In this document: one piece after another, positions 24,669 through 37,512 of the stretch
Layout: every line of letters begins with the position of its first letter
Numbering within the stretch: the stretch's first letter is position 1
NCBI RefSeq assembly: GCF_037042905.1
Contig: NC_087251.1
Span: 40,798,001 to 40,862,000, forward strand
Origin: Lytechinus pictus
Lineage: Eukaryota
Direction: 5' to 3'
DNA: 64,000 bases
Translations under genes and position numbers: made by a program
The notes under the pieces: model-generated
Told to the model about the DNA's origin: nothing
Databases searched by the model: none
Seen by the model: only the letters and a program-made list of their open reading frames with translations

Positions 24669-25560
24669 CTTTTGCCTTGCTGCACGTATTAGTATATGTG
24701 TTTGCAGCAAATCACGTCTATCATTATAACGAGGCAGTTGCTCATTGAAGCAAAATGATTACTTACGAGTGATTGCTAATTTGCTGCAGCATTTTATTTC
24801 ACACCTTATTAAGAAAGAACAAAAAGAGAGATATAGTTTACCAAATGATTTCTCCGATATAAACTAGACATTTTCTGGATTTAGACTTGTAGTTTCATAT
24901 CGCACATGCATTACAGGGACACATTCCCATCACATTTTATGATAAATGTCATCATTATTCTGGATTTCACAGCTGTGTTTTGTGTTGTATCTTGCCGAAT
25001 GTCACTTTGATGAGTGTCATCAGTTTACTGCTATCATAACACTGCACTCGTTTCCACCCACATATCTCTGTTATGGTCATCATTATCATGTTAGTCTAAA
25101 TGTCCTTGCAGCTCAGCTAAGCCTCTCCAACAGAATACAGGGGAAAAAGCATAAGAAAAAAAGAAATCCGGTAATTTCATGAGACAGTTCTAATATATTC
25201 AAACACCCATCAAGCATAGCAGTAATTCTAATAGCAGATGTGGGATGGTACTTATCTGATGCATCCTCAGAAGTGCATTCTGGGGTGAGAACTATATAAT
25301 GGAATTGATCTAAGAAGTACAATACTGACTATATTGATAAAGGTGTTGCTGTAAAGTAATTGTTGTCTAATAAAAAGTTGTGATATTTGGACTCGTTATG
25401 GAGCTCTTTTCTCCTAAATAAGTGGGGGGGGGGGGAGAGATAATGAATCTCCTCTCATAAGATGATGAAATTACCTTGTACATGATATCCATCAATTCCA
25501 TCCCCCCTATTTTTATTTTTTCCCCCAAGTATAATTTAGTTGTTTGGCTGGATAGTTTTT

Positions 25561-26564
25561 TTTGTCTCAACTGAACAAGTTCGGTAGAAATCTAGTAATC
25601 ACTTTTCCTGTTGGTCTATTAGTCTGTTTCGAAAATGTTAAAGTTTTTGTTCAACTTGGTGTCATTTCTTTATTTGTACATCAATTAAGCTCGTACTTGG
25701 TACATATGGTCCTTGGGTAATACCACATATGTTTCCATGAGAGTGATGGAGCCAGAGGTCATCTAGGGGTCAAAAGGTCAAATGATATGAGGTCATGTCT
25801 GTTAAAAAAATATTAAAATATTTGTTCAACTAGGTCTCATTTCTTTATTTCTGCATACTTGGTACATATGGTCCTTGGGTAATACCACATATGTTTCCAT
25901 GAGGGTGATGGAGTCAGAGGTCATCTAGGGGTCAATAGGTCGAATGATATGAGGTCATGTCTGTTCCAAAAATATTAAATTTTTTGTTCAACTTGCTCTC
26001 ATTTTTTTTTTCTGCATCAATTATGTTGAGGCTTGGTACATATGATCCAAAGGTAATACCACATTTATGTCCATGAGGGTGATGGGGTAAAAAAGTCAAA
26101 TGATATTGATAATGTTAAAGTTTTTGTTCAATTTTCTCATATTTCTTCATTTCTGCATCAACTATATGGACACTTGGTACATGTGACCCTTGGGTAATAC
26201 CGCATGTGTGTCCATGAGTTTGATGGGGGTCAAAAGTCATCTAGGGGTCAAAAGGTCAAGTTTTTGTTCAACTTGCTCAAATTTCTTTATTTCTGCATCA
26301 ATTGTGTTTACACTTGGTACAAATGATCTTTGGGTAATACCACATGTTCCTGAGGATGATGGGGTTAAAGGTCATCTAGGGGTAAAAAGGTCAAGGTTTT
26401 GTTAAAATTCTCTCATTTCTTTATTTCTGGATCAATTGTGTTTACACTTGGTACAAATAACTATTGGGTAATATACTACAGGTGTGTACATGAGAATGAT
26501 CAGGTAAAAAGATCATATTTTATCGATTGCTCAGGCGAGACTCTTGGTTCGTGAACCACCTTGT
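25561..26564 (+). mobile_element. Helentron-type non-autonomous element (HINE/Tsp/pearl-like) with ~115-130-bp internal tandem array
   Basis: Starts in a T run. SubTIR GTCTCAACTGAACA / TGCTCAGGCGAGAC, 3' hairpin TGGTTCGTGAACCA, and ~6-7 repeats with CTTGGTACA..GGGTAATACC..GGGGTCAAAAGGTCA. Confidence 0.75.
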
Positions 26565-27010
26565 ATCTAAAAGCCCCTAGAATATTCCGAAATGCATTTT
26601 TATATAGAACTTGAAGGGATGAGAATTCTTTAAATACTCTGGAGTTTCACTTCGTTGCCAAGAATTATCAGTAAGATGAGAACTGGCAATCGAAATGTAA
26701 ATTTTCAACTTTTTATTTTCGTTTACATCCCCACATTATTTCATTTAGGCAATTCAAAAGATACTGTCAGTTAAAAGTTAAGTGTTTCGTCAATTTAATA
26801 TATCCTTTAAAGGAATTCTGTCCTGGAGACATTCATAGTATGGTATGCATAGTCCCCTCAATTAATGTCAATATTGAAAAGGAATTTATTCAAGTGAAAA
26901 ATTTACATGTATCATACAGAAATAAAATGGAGATTAATGTTTGTTATAAAATGTCCAGCTAAAAGAAACTTATATAACAACTGTTCAGTTTATCCAGGTG
27001 ATTTTTTTGA

Positions 27011-27286
27011 TAATATAATAATAATATAGGGTATTTATATTGCGCACATATCCACCTTGTTAGGTGCTCAAGGCGCTCCTATATTACCCGGCGAAGCTAG
27101 GCGTTCATAGCGCACACAGCTTTTAAAGGAATTACTTCCTATCGGTACCCATTTACCTCACCTGGGTTGAGTGCAGCACATTGTGGATCAGTTTCTTGCC
27201 GAAGGAAATTACGCCATGGCTGGGATTCGAACCCACGACCCTCTGTTTCAAAGTCCGAAGACTAATCCACTGGGCCACAACGCTTC
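27011..27286 (-). mobile_element. tRNA-derived SINE, same head and body as 6063-6344 with a different tail
   Basis: B box GGTTCGAATCCC, shared CCCAGGTGAGGTAAATGGGTACC core, (TTA)n tail. Confidence 0.88.
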
Positions 27287-29614
27287 AATGCATGTATGCA
27301 AAATAATTCCTCTAGAAATGTGGCAATTTTGAAAGAGTAAGTTAAATGATGCATATTAGATACATCTTCCAAACTTCTTTCACAAATTTACCTATTCTGG
27401 AGCTCTCTGGGGAGTAGAATGATCGTTATTTTTATGGCTTTATTACCATTTTAAAATGAAAGGATCCAGCAAGCACGCAATTAAGGTTTCCCAAATTGGT
27501 CTGATTGAACATTCTTGTATTACCTATTGAATAGTTACAGTATAATTCAGGCATAAAGATAGGGTTAGGAAAGTAATTAAGGGTTGTTATGTACTTTGTA
27601 TCATTTAGGTGGTATCATTTTGGTTCTTATTATGTTAGAATGAAGATTATAATACAGTATACCATCAAACCATTTCTTCCCTCAAACACCATCACATCTG
27701 CAGGTAACTAGTATAAAGCTTTTAATATCTTTTAACTTGTAGTAAAAATGAAATATTTCAAATTTATTGTTAGTTTGCTAGATGCTTTGAATTATTCCTT
27801 TAAATGATATAAAATGTAACACATAAAGATAGTAATAAATATGAAATATTTTAAATTGTTTGTAACCAATTTCGAGCACGCTACTCCACACACTCTTTGT
27901 GGGATGCCTACGCTGCGGTTTCGAATTTCGTGTGAAACATGTCACCCCACGGAGAGTGTTCCCGTATCAACATGACAGCTTTACATGAAGTGGTTTTTAA
28001 AATCACTTTCGGATGATCAAATGGGACACTAGCAAAGTGATCTTCCAAACTGGTTTCCTGAACCGGTTTCCAGTAAACTAGTTTAAGAAAGTATAATGAG
28101 AACGGTGTCTACGTGAAGATTGCTTCCAGGAATGCAAAACTATTGATCTGGGTCTCGTTATGTTGTAGAAAGAGTTGCGTGTGAATGCTGCTCAATAAAT
28201 CAAGCTCAAGTCCTAATATGCAAGTCTGATTGGCTTCATATCAGCTTGACTTTGATTTCCTTGTTAAAGTTTGGTTTGATTAGAAGACTTTCAGCAACAG
28301 AACCCGTGGGTCAATCCCCACTGGATAGATACAGATAGGTGGCTGTGAAAGAAGTTTTAACCATACTGTAACTCTCATAAAAGCAATAAAATGGCTTTGT
28401 AATAAATTTGGAATATGTTGTAATCTGAGAAACAATACCAAACTTTTAATTTTCTATTCCCATATTGTTTGCTTTTTCTGTATTGAGATGGGAATGATTT
28501 ATAATTCATGTCTGTTGAACTCACCTGCCCTACTTCTCATTTTGGTTCTTGTGGTACTATTTGGAGTGTATGTTTGGAAGGGGAGTTATTCTGAGGGGAT
28601 TCCTTGAATGATTTCATTGATTGATTTGCGAGAGCGAATGAAACCAGAAAATAAAAATAGAGGATGTGCTCTCTTGTCTGGCGTCTTTAGGCAACCATTT
28701 ATTGTAAGTATTGGTTATTCTTCCAAGAAGCTGTACCAATAAACGTAGTTCCTCTATTTCACACATGATATTTATAGATATACTTGCATTGCAGACAGGT
28801 CTGGTAGTAATGTTCTTGATCTCATAAGTAGTAAAGTAATTAAAGTATACTTGATTTGAATTACCAGAAGGACTGACGTGACAATATCCTTGTTTATTTT
28901 TGTTCCTTTCCTTCCATTAATGTGGCTCTTTCATTTAAATCTTGAATCAGGGATTGAAAGCAATAACCGATTGAAAGTTTTGGGGGAGAAATTCCCTGCA
29001 ATTAAATTTGAAGTTCTTTTATGTCAGAGAGTTGATTCCAACACTTCAACTCAACCATTAGTTCTTTAAAGCATTGTCTGTATCATCTGAATAATATTTA
29101 TTCCTCTTATCCTCCCTTTCAACCCTAAACTTTTAATCCTACTTGATTTATATCATTAAAGTACTTCAGAATTCATCATCCCATCTTTTATTTATCTCAC
29201 ATGTAAAGCTTTTGGATGTGTAGTGATAATTGTATGAGTAACTGTTTTTTCCCCAAGATTTATTAAAAATGTGATCGCAGCTTAAAAAGTTGAATTGACA
29301 AATGTGTTACACTTAAAAAATACAATGAAATTGAAAATTGAGCAATGTACCAAAACAATCAATAAATAACAACAATTACAATAAAAATTCAAAATTTTAC
29401 GTTATATAGTCAAGGTAATAGTGGTAAAGTGAGATAATATTTAAAAAGCTATGAGATGTTTTTTACTGAAGATTTGCAGGACCGTCTAAAAGAAGATTGA
29501 GCGGAACATCAATATCAAATTATAATGATGCCATATTTAAAAACAACTGAATAGAAGAAAAGTTGTTTTAACCTGTTTTAGTAAATTGAATGTTGGCAAT
29601 CAAAAAGGGAAAAT

Positions 29615-30369
29615 CAGCTAACTCTCGCTACCCCAAATAGCGATTTCGCCGAGATCCGGGAAAAATCCCTGTAACGCGCTTTGCATTATGGGATAGTTTT
29701 TCGGTATTACAACTTCCTGTTCGGAAGTCCAATGCACTGTTTTGCCATTCAGATCAACAGTGCCGTCATGCACAACAACACAACGTCGCTTTCGCTCGGA
29801 AAGTTCGTGATCACAACCCTCTCTTTCACGATACAGTTTAAGGGCCTTTTTTGCTAAAGTCACTAATTCTGCCCGACGCTTTCCATTGCACGGTATTCCT
29901 CTGTCAGTTAAGATTTTTTTAAGTTCCGAAACTGATTTTTAATCCATTTTGTGGTCGACGAAAAATTGAACAGAATGAATGCTGTATATATTTAGCGTCT
30001 AGTCGAATACGATCGTGATGTCAGGCCGGTCGCAAAATGCAAAATTTTAAGATATTCATTTTTTGTTTACTTTTTTTATAACCAAATAAAAACATGAATA
30101 AAAATTATTTTCACGTGAAATATATTTTTTATTTTTATTTATAATTCAAACGGAATCAAAACTGACCAAATTAAATAAAAAGTATTATAATCTGTACATA
30201 TTACGCTGATTGGCATCGATTTTAGCGTGGTGGAAAACTCAGTATCGCGAACCTCGCGCGAGCATGACTCTGAACCGGAAGTGGTGATGACGACCCGACA
30301 AAGTGAAAATTATCTCGTCTCGCGCATTATGAGATTTTTGTTCCTATTTGGGGTAGTGAGAACTGGCTG
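29615..30369. mobile_element. Internally deleted DNA transposon with residual coding fragment
   Basis: 26-bp TIR CAGCTAACTCTCGCTACCCCAAATAG / CTATTTGGGGTAGTGAGAACTGGCTG; CpG-rich interior; TSD not resolved. Confidence 0.8.
29720..29947 (-). pseudogene. SAP-domain-like N-terminal gene fragment of a transposon
   Basis: Minus strand from ATG at 29947 reads MD*KSVSELKKILTDRGIPCNGKRRAELVTLAKKALKLY.., fitting the SAP pattern V.ELK..L..RG....G....ELV; stop at codon 3. Confidence 0.65.
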
Positions 30370-31124
30370 GTATCCTCTCCTCTCCTCAATACACATGAAG
30401 TACAGTATATAAGCTTATTGTGATTATACTGTAGTATACTGCTTAATAATTTTATTTTCTGATGCAAATCTTTTAATTAAACTGGAACTTTCATCAATCT
30501 TGTGAATTTGTTTGATTTTTCAGTAAAAGATGATTATGAGAATTGATTTCAATACTTTGTTCATTTAAATCTATTACATTGGTGGCCATTAATACAGCTT
30601 TTCATGTCTCTTTTTGGTTACAGCTCTATAGGGCATTCCATCATGTAAAGTACATAGTGTAAACAAAGTATGTGACCACTGTCATATCCAGCATACCATA
30701 CATGTTCCTCGCATGTATTTATGACAAGGGAATGTATGAGCAATGTAGACATGATTTATGGGTTATGCTTTTAACCTGACAAGTTTGTTTGCATCACTGG
30801 TGTGATATTTTTTTAGCTGACTCAATGGAGTCATTTGTAATTAGGTTATTTTGTTTTTGGTTTAAAAAGTGATTAATTTTTCAAAACCTTGTTCATGATG
30901 AGATGTCATGACTGTTTTTTATAGAGTTTGAATTGAACTTGAATGTCATACATGTATCAAGATGGGTTTTTTTTTTCACCCCAAAAATGTTCATATTTGG
31001 ACAGAATAGTACATCAAAGGGCCACCCTGAATGCATCTCATCCCCTAACATATGTTTTGAGTTGTACCATTGCACTCATGAGCACATGCCAATACATGCT
31101 CTCACAATCATTTTAGCGGAGAGT

Positions 31125-32208
31125 AGGTGTATTCAGACCGCTTCGATTCTTCAGGATACCTGTTAAATTACAAGAACTTGTTCATGCTTAAAAATATCAG
31201 GTTATTATTTTCTGCATTCATACCAACCCAAAGAAGACCCATAGCTTTGAGAGCTAAAAGGGACGGTCCAGGCTGGAGATATTTGTATCTAAATAAATAA
31301 AGTAAAATTCACAGAGCAAAATGCTGAAAATCTCATCAAAATCGGATAGCAAATAACAAAGTTATTGGATTTTAAAGTTTATCAATATTTTGTGAAAACA
31401 GTTATATGCATATCATCATAAATATTCATTAGGTGGGCTGATGATGTCACATCCCCGCTTTCCTTTTTCTTATGTATGTTATTACATGAAATAATAAATG
31501 GTTCATTTTTCATACATGTGTAAATGATGTGTCTCCATTATGATGAAATAAGTTGCGGCAATAAATAACTTATGCACTTAATCCGTTGTCAATCCAAATG
31601 TTTTAGTTCTTGCTAGAAAAATTTTGAATAAACCTAATTTCATGTAATAAAATACAAAAGAACAATTGGGAATGTGACATCATCAGCCCACCTAATGAAT
31701 ATTCATAAAGACATGCCTAGAACTGTTTCACCAGAATAATGCAAATCTTTAAAATTCAATAACTTTGTTATTTGGTATGATTTTGATCAAATTTTCAGCA
31801 TTTTGCTTTGTGAATTTTACTCTATTTATTGAGATATAAATATCTCCAGCCTGGACCATCCCTTAAGTTCTCAAAGGTATGGAGCGTGCAAAGTCAAATG
31901 GTTTAGCAGGCAGTGTACGCGATTCAAATTCACTATCTCAGCAGCCCTAGCGCACCCTCCCTGCATTGAGAAAGTTCTCTTAATTTGCTTTCACATTGCC
32001 AAAATACCTAAGACCTTTGAAAAATCCCTGCGAAAGTTCTTGTAATATTGACAGGTACCTACTGTTTAGCGTGTATTTTCTTTTCAGGAATATTACAAGT
32101 ATTTTGCTTTCCCATTGGCAAAAATACCTGGTATTCTCTGATCAGGGTAAATTTCCTGATCAGAGAATATGTGGTATTCTCAAACTTTGAGGCGGTGTGA
32201 ATATGCCT
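31125..32208 (+). mobile_element. Harbinger-like MITE, family D (hosts Kolobok family B)
   Basis: TIR AGGTGTATTCAGACCGC / GCGGTGTGAATATGCCT; similar to the 36798 and 62796 copies. Confidence 0.78.
31259..31863. mobile_element. Kolobok-like palindromic MITE, family B (nested)
   Basis: AGGGACGGTCCAGGCTGGAGATAT / ATATCTCCAGCCTGGACCATCCC followed by TTAA; long inverted arms. Confidence 0.85.
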
Positions 32209-32228
32209 ACTGTTGGATTTCACTCGGT

Positions 32229-32266
<38 letters not shown>

Positions 32267-32628
32267 AGTATTTTTTCCCCTGTAGATTTTGAGTTGTTCT
32301 TAATGACCTTAACATCAGTTTGTGAAAGCCACAACGTTGGAAAATCGTTTTCAGTCCCTGTTAGGACAGACCATCCCTCCCCCGTTACAAGTTTATTCAA
32401 TTATCGCCCTCTTTTGTGAGCTGTCACTAGTAATTCTGCATTGTAATATAGCTTTAGAGTTAGGAGTCTCTAGTCTAAAAGTTTTATCTGAAATGATATG
32501 CCAAGCCTTATTTTGTATGATCCTATATTGTTCATATTGCATATACTAGTATTTGATTTTTGCTTTGGTATTATAGGTCCATGGTTTTATTAGGCACCCG
32601 TTGAAATATTGACCATTTTATTCGACAT

Positions 32629-32776
32629 GGGGAGCATTTCATCAACATTTTTGTCTGAAAAGTTGTCAGATCTGACAGCTTTTCTTGATTCTGATTGGCT
32701 GTTAGTCACTGTTACTATGGTAACTGTTGGATAAAACGGCTTGTGGGATAAAATGTCCTATCATGAAACGCTACCC
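32629..32776. mobile_element. Small MITE (inverse copy at 59602-59759; relatives at ~19034-19171, ~58924-59062, ~14795-14902)
   Basis: TIR GGGAGC(A/G)TTTCAT; core TTGTCAGATCTGACA with a CCAAT box and an X-box-like palindrome. Confidence 0.78.
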
Positions 32777-32907
32777 AGTTTTCTTTTTTAGTAGAAGCTG
32801 CAAAAAATGAATGGTAACATATATTATGAATCCCCCCCCCCCTTCTCTACCTCCCTCTCTCTCTCTCTCACTTTTTCCCCATCTCTTTTTCTGTATATTT
32901 AAATAGT

Positions 32908-33322
32908 AGGTTCTTGTTCAATGTCGATTTTCAAATTTAAACAGCAACTTGAATCATGATTGAAAACTCAATTACAAAACATTGAACACAAACACGATTA
33001 GCGGTGCACCGTTCAGTGTCGAAAATAATAAAGCCGTTTATTATGTTGATCGTCTTTAACTTTCTTTAGCGCAGCTTTAGTGGGCAGTTTGACCCATGAC
33101 ACGAAAGGTCAGTTCTGGCACTTGCTTGCCACCTCGAGAGCAAATCTACAGATGTTTCAAAACTCGATGTGCTCTATGTCGCATTCAGGATGCTCAAGGT
33201 CGTAAAATTCGAGCTGATCGCGTTTACAAACGCATCTTTTTCGATGTTTAAATTTTTCTCCGAATCATGATTTGAAAGACGTTTACTTTTACGACCGGGA
33301 ATAGAGGACATTGAACACACCC
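32908..33322 (+). mobile_element. MITE family (copies ~41993-42390 and ~47494-47810)
   Basis: TIR ..TGTTCAATGTC / GACATTGAACACACCC; three similar copies in the window. Confidence 0.75.
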
Positions 33323-33355
33323 TAGGAAAAACATAAATTGCCAACTAGAAACCAT

Positions 33356-33781
33356 GAGGCCGTTCTCATTACGCTTTCTAAAACTAGTTTACTGAAAACC
33401 AGGAAACCAGTTTGGAAGATTGCTTTGTTAGCGTTCCCACTTGATCACACAAAAGTGGTTTTCAAAAACACTTCACATAAAGCGATCTTGTTGCTATGGT
33501 AACGCTCTCAGTGGAGTGACACATTTCGCGCAAAATTCAAAACCGCATCGTAGGCATTCTACACGTGTCGTGTTGAGTAGCGCGCTCAAATAGTGTAAAG
33601 ATCGCTTCCCGAAGAACGGTTGTGTCCTCACGCTAAAACCAGTTTAACGAGGCAAAGCGATCTTGAAAACTACATCATGAGGTGGTTTTCTGAACCGGTT
33701 TGGAAGATCGCTTCAACCATTCTCACTACACGTATATAGATTCCACTTAACTAGTTTTAGGAAGGTAGTGAGAACGGTGTC
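33356..33781 (+). mobile_element. Harbinger-like MITE, family E
   Basis: TIR GAGGCCGTTCTCA / TGAGAACGGTGTC with CAT TSD. Copies at 48119-48542 and a partial inverse at ~27866-28109. Confidence 0.87.
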
Positions 33782-34603
33782 CATGTTTAAAAGAGAGAAT
33801 TCAAATACATCCAGGGACAATTCCCTGAACCAACAAAGACCAGCAATAAGAGATCAGTTTCTCCAATCACTGCTATGACCTAAGAAGGTCAATACACAAT
33901 AGCATCTCACTCCTTAGAGATGATTAGGTTTCCACTGGGGACACATTACCTTCTGAAGATCTTCCCCCCTCTAAGTCTGTCTGGTCTCCAAACTGAAAAG
34001 AATAGAGTTGAGGGAACCTTGTTGTATTTTCTATGCTATAGATTTTTTTTCAAAGAAAAGAAATGTGATTGTGTGTCAAGGTGTGAAAAAAAGAGAGCTT
34101 GTTAGTTGCATTTCAAGATGGGGAATTTTTAATGTGAGCTCCCTTTGACATAATTCATTCTTTGTATGCAAATAGTTTTACAGTATTAGTTTTCACACTT
34201 TTTTTCAAAGAAAATGTATTCATCTCATGTTGTCTTTGTTAATGTCATACACTCTTCCTCTGCAATTCCCACGCCCCTTTTGATGTATTCACTTCTTGTC
34301 AATTTGTTTGAATATATATATATATATATATAATCTTTGCAATTTAGACCTTTCATTTTTTACAAATTTGCTCCCCCCCCCCCTCTGCCTTTTTTCCTTG
34401 AACAGTATGAGTGAAATCTCGCAAAGATTAGTAGCAAAATATTGTTGATAGTTACTTATTGTTTGTGTGTGTTAATTGCTTTTACTAAAAATACATCAAT
34501 AATTTTATTTTCTTGCGCTTTGTTTTGTAATGTATATAATTTGTTGAATGAATTTGAATTATAAACTTGTCTTGAACATGTAATATTCTTTGTTGTTTCA
34601 CAG

Positions 34604-35403
34604 CTGCAAGGCATTTTTCAGAGAGTAGTCAACAAGCAATCCAAGAAGCTCTTCAGAGACTGGCCAAGAGACAAGCAGCGCGTCAGTACTCATCGTCTAG
34701 TGTTCAGAACCAGAACCTACTAACACAGAAGTATGTTGAGCAACACTTTGGACTAGTCAATCCTCCTCAGGGGCCTGTTCAGGCTACCCCTGTGACTGGA
34801 TATGGATCAAGCCCGGTCTTGACCAGTACACTCGGTAGGAGTAGCTCCCGTGCACGATCTAGTAGCGTTGGCCTTGTGAGAAGCCCCAGCCAGAACTCTA
34901 TAACATCAGCAGTTGCAATGGATTCACACAGTGGAAGTGCAGTGCCACAGAGAAGCGCAAGTAACAGTCGGGTGGGCAGTGCTGCCCTCAACGAGAAGGG
35001 ACGAAGTGGAGCGAGTCAGGAGCAAACAGGCCACACGCGCCGATCCAGTCACAGCGGTGTTGCCTTAAATAGAACTCACAGCTTCATGACGGACACGAGC
35101 TCTAAAGATAGCTCGGAGCTCAGTGGACCGACAAATGCATCAAAAACAAGCAGCAACCATAGTTTGTCGGATGATGCATACAGCGCCCAGATCAAGGCCC
35201 TGCAAAACCTCACCGTTTCTAATCGGACTCCCTACCCGAACGCAGCCAATGCGTTACAGCATCAACAGGAAGGGAAGAACAGCGTGCCACTAGGGGGCAG
35301 TAGACAGATGAGCGGTGGTGCATCTCGGCCGATGAGCCTTCAGGAGCAGCAGCAGATGGCTTATGAGTTGTCCCAACAAAGCAAGGCCAAGCACCAAGAG
35401 AAG
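34604..35403 (+). CDS. TTLL5: 800-nt TTLL5 exon (..QEALQRLAKRQAARQYSSS..YELSQQSKAKHQEK)
   Basis: tttcacag acceptor, AAG|gtgaga donor, phase 1 to 0. Matches recalled TTLL5 LQRLAEKQAARQYS and QSRARHQ. Confidence 0.93.
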
Positions 35404-35896
35404 GTGAGAGCCGAGTCAAGGTTGTGAGTGGGTGATGAATGCTGAGGCACTGAGAGAGTGTGTGATAGATGTTCTCTTCCTTTAATCCATAGTCTCTCCT
35501 TTATTCAATTAGATGACAGAAAGATTTGACTTGTGGACCCAGATGTCCTGTTTTTCTACGATTACGGTTAATTTCATTTATCCAAACAAACCCTGTTGTT
35601 TAGTCCTTTGTACGAGACCCACATGGGCAGGCTCTGATTGTATTGAGTGATATTGATTAAGGTTATGGGAATATACAGGAGCTAAATGAATATTGTTTGA
35701 GTCATATTTTTAATCAGAAATGTTCATGGATTTCTTCAGAAAGCATTTTGTTGATGAACATATTTTTCCCAATAATGATGTAGGTTAACATCTTAAGAAG
35801 ATAGCACAAATTGATGAGTTTCTCAAAGAAAATGAACGCATACATGTAGATAGCAGCAAGTAATGTTGAAATGAAATGAATTTGCTTTCCTGCAAT

Positions 35897-36430
<534 letters not shown>

Positions 36431-36797
36431 GTTTGTCTATTGTAACAGATGAACTATTTAACTTGAAAGGGGATGCTCGAGTGTTAGGGACCTTGGCATA
36501 TGTTTAATACATCAAAGAGTAAGGAGTATCTGCAGGCTATTTATCAGGTCATTTGCATAGATGACTCCCCAAGGTCAACTAGTTACTCAATGGTCTATTA
36601 ATCATCACCTCTCTAGAGAGTGAGATTCATCCCATCTCCCTGCAAGAGGGGCCTGTCTGCTTGTGAAACTTATTGATAACAGATTAGGAGTCCTTAGGGG
36701 GGTAGACATAGGTCTTGCCGCTGGACGAATCTGCTGCAGTTTAGAGAGGGGAAGCAATTGTATGCTGGTATACAAAGTTTTTGCAAACTACCACTAT

Positions 36798-37275
36798 AGG
36801 TGGTTTCAAACCGCCTCGAAGTTCGCCAGTTCCAGGTATTCTCTGATCGGGAAATTTACCCCGATCAGAAAATACCAGGTATTTTGGCGGTGTGAAAGCA
36901 AACTACGCGTAATATCCCCGAAAGAAAATACCCGATAAATAGTAGGTACTTGGCGAAATTACGAGAACTTTCGCGGGGATTTTTCCAAGGTCGTGGGTAT
37001 TTTGGCGGTCTGAAAGCAAATTACGGGAACTTTTAGCCCAGCGTGTCGTTGGGTGCGGCGCCGTGCATGGGTTGCTGCTGGGCTAGTGATTTTGAATTTT
37101 GCGCCTTGCTGCTTATCAGACCATACTGCGCATGCTCGTAACTTCAGGAACTTATCCCGAAGGGTATGTTTCAGGGCGGTGTGAATGCAGGAATAATTAA
37201 TGGGTATTTTTCAGCCTAAAAAAGTTCTCGTAATTTAACGGGGATTCTTGTGATCGAGGCGGTTTGAAACCACCT
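36798..37275 (-). mobile_element. Harbinger-like MITE, family D, CpG-rich young copy
   Basis: Perfect TIR AGGTGGTTTCAAACCGCCTCGA / TCGAGGCGGTTTGAAACCACCT; TAT/AAT flanks. Confidence 0.88.
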
Positions 37276-37512
37276 AATGAAAGAAAATTACTTGTCATAT
37301 TGGTTTGAAAATACATGAAGATTTGTAGTACACACAGTAGAAGTGATAATGACCTTAGTTTATAAATTGAATATTTAGAAATGACATGGATTTACAATAA
37401 TTCATAATATATATCACTGATATCTTTTGAAACTATTGCCTTGCGAAAATGGTGAGGATATTGAGAGATGGTTGTAATATTGCCGATATTGATGACAATC
37501 AGTATGACCATA

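Noticed and set aside
25561..26564. CRISPR-like repeat array
   Set aside because: Eukaryotic context; whole monomers are repeated with no unique spacers, and there are no cas genes.
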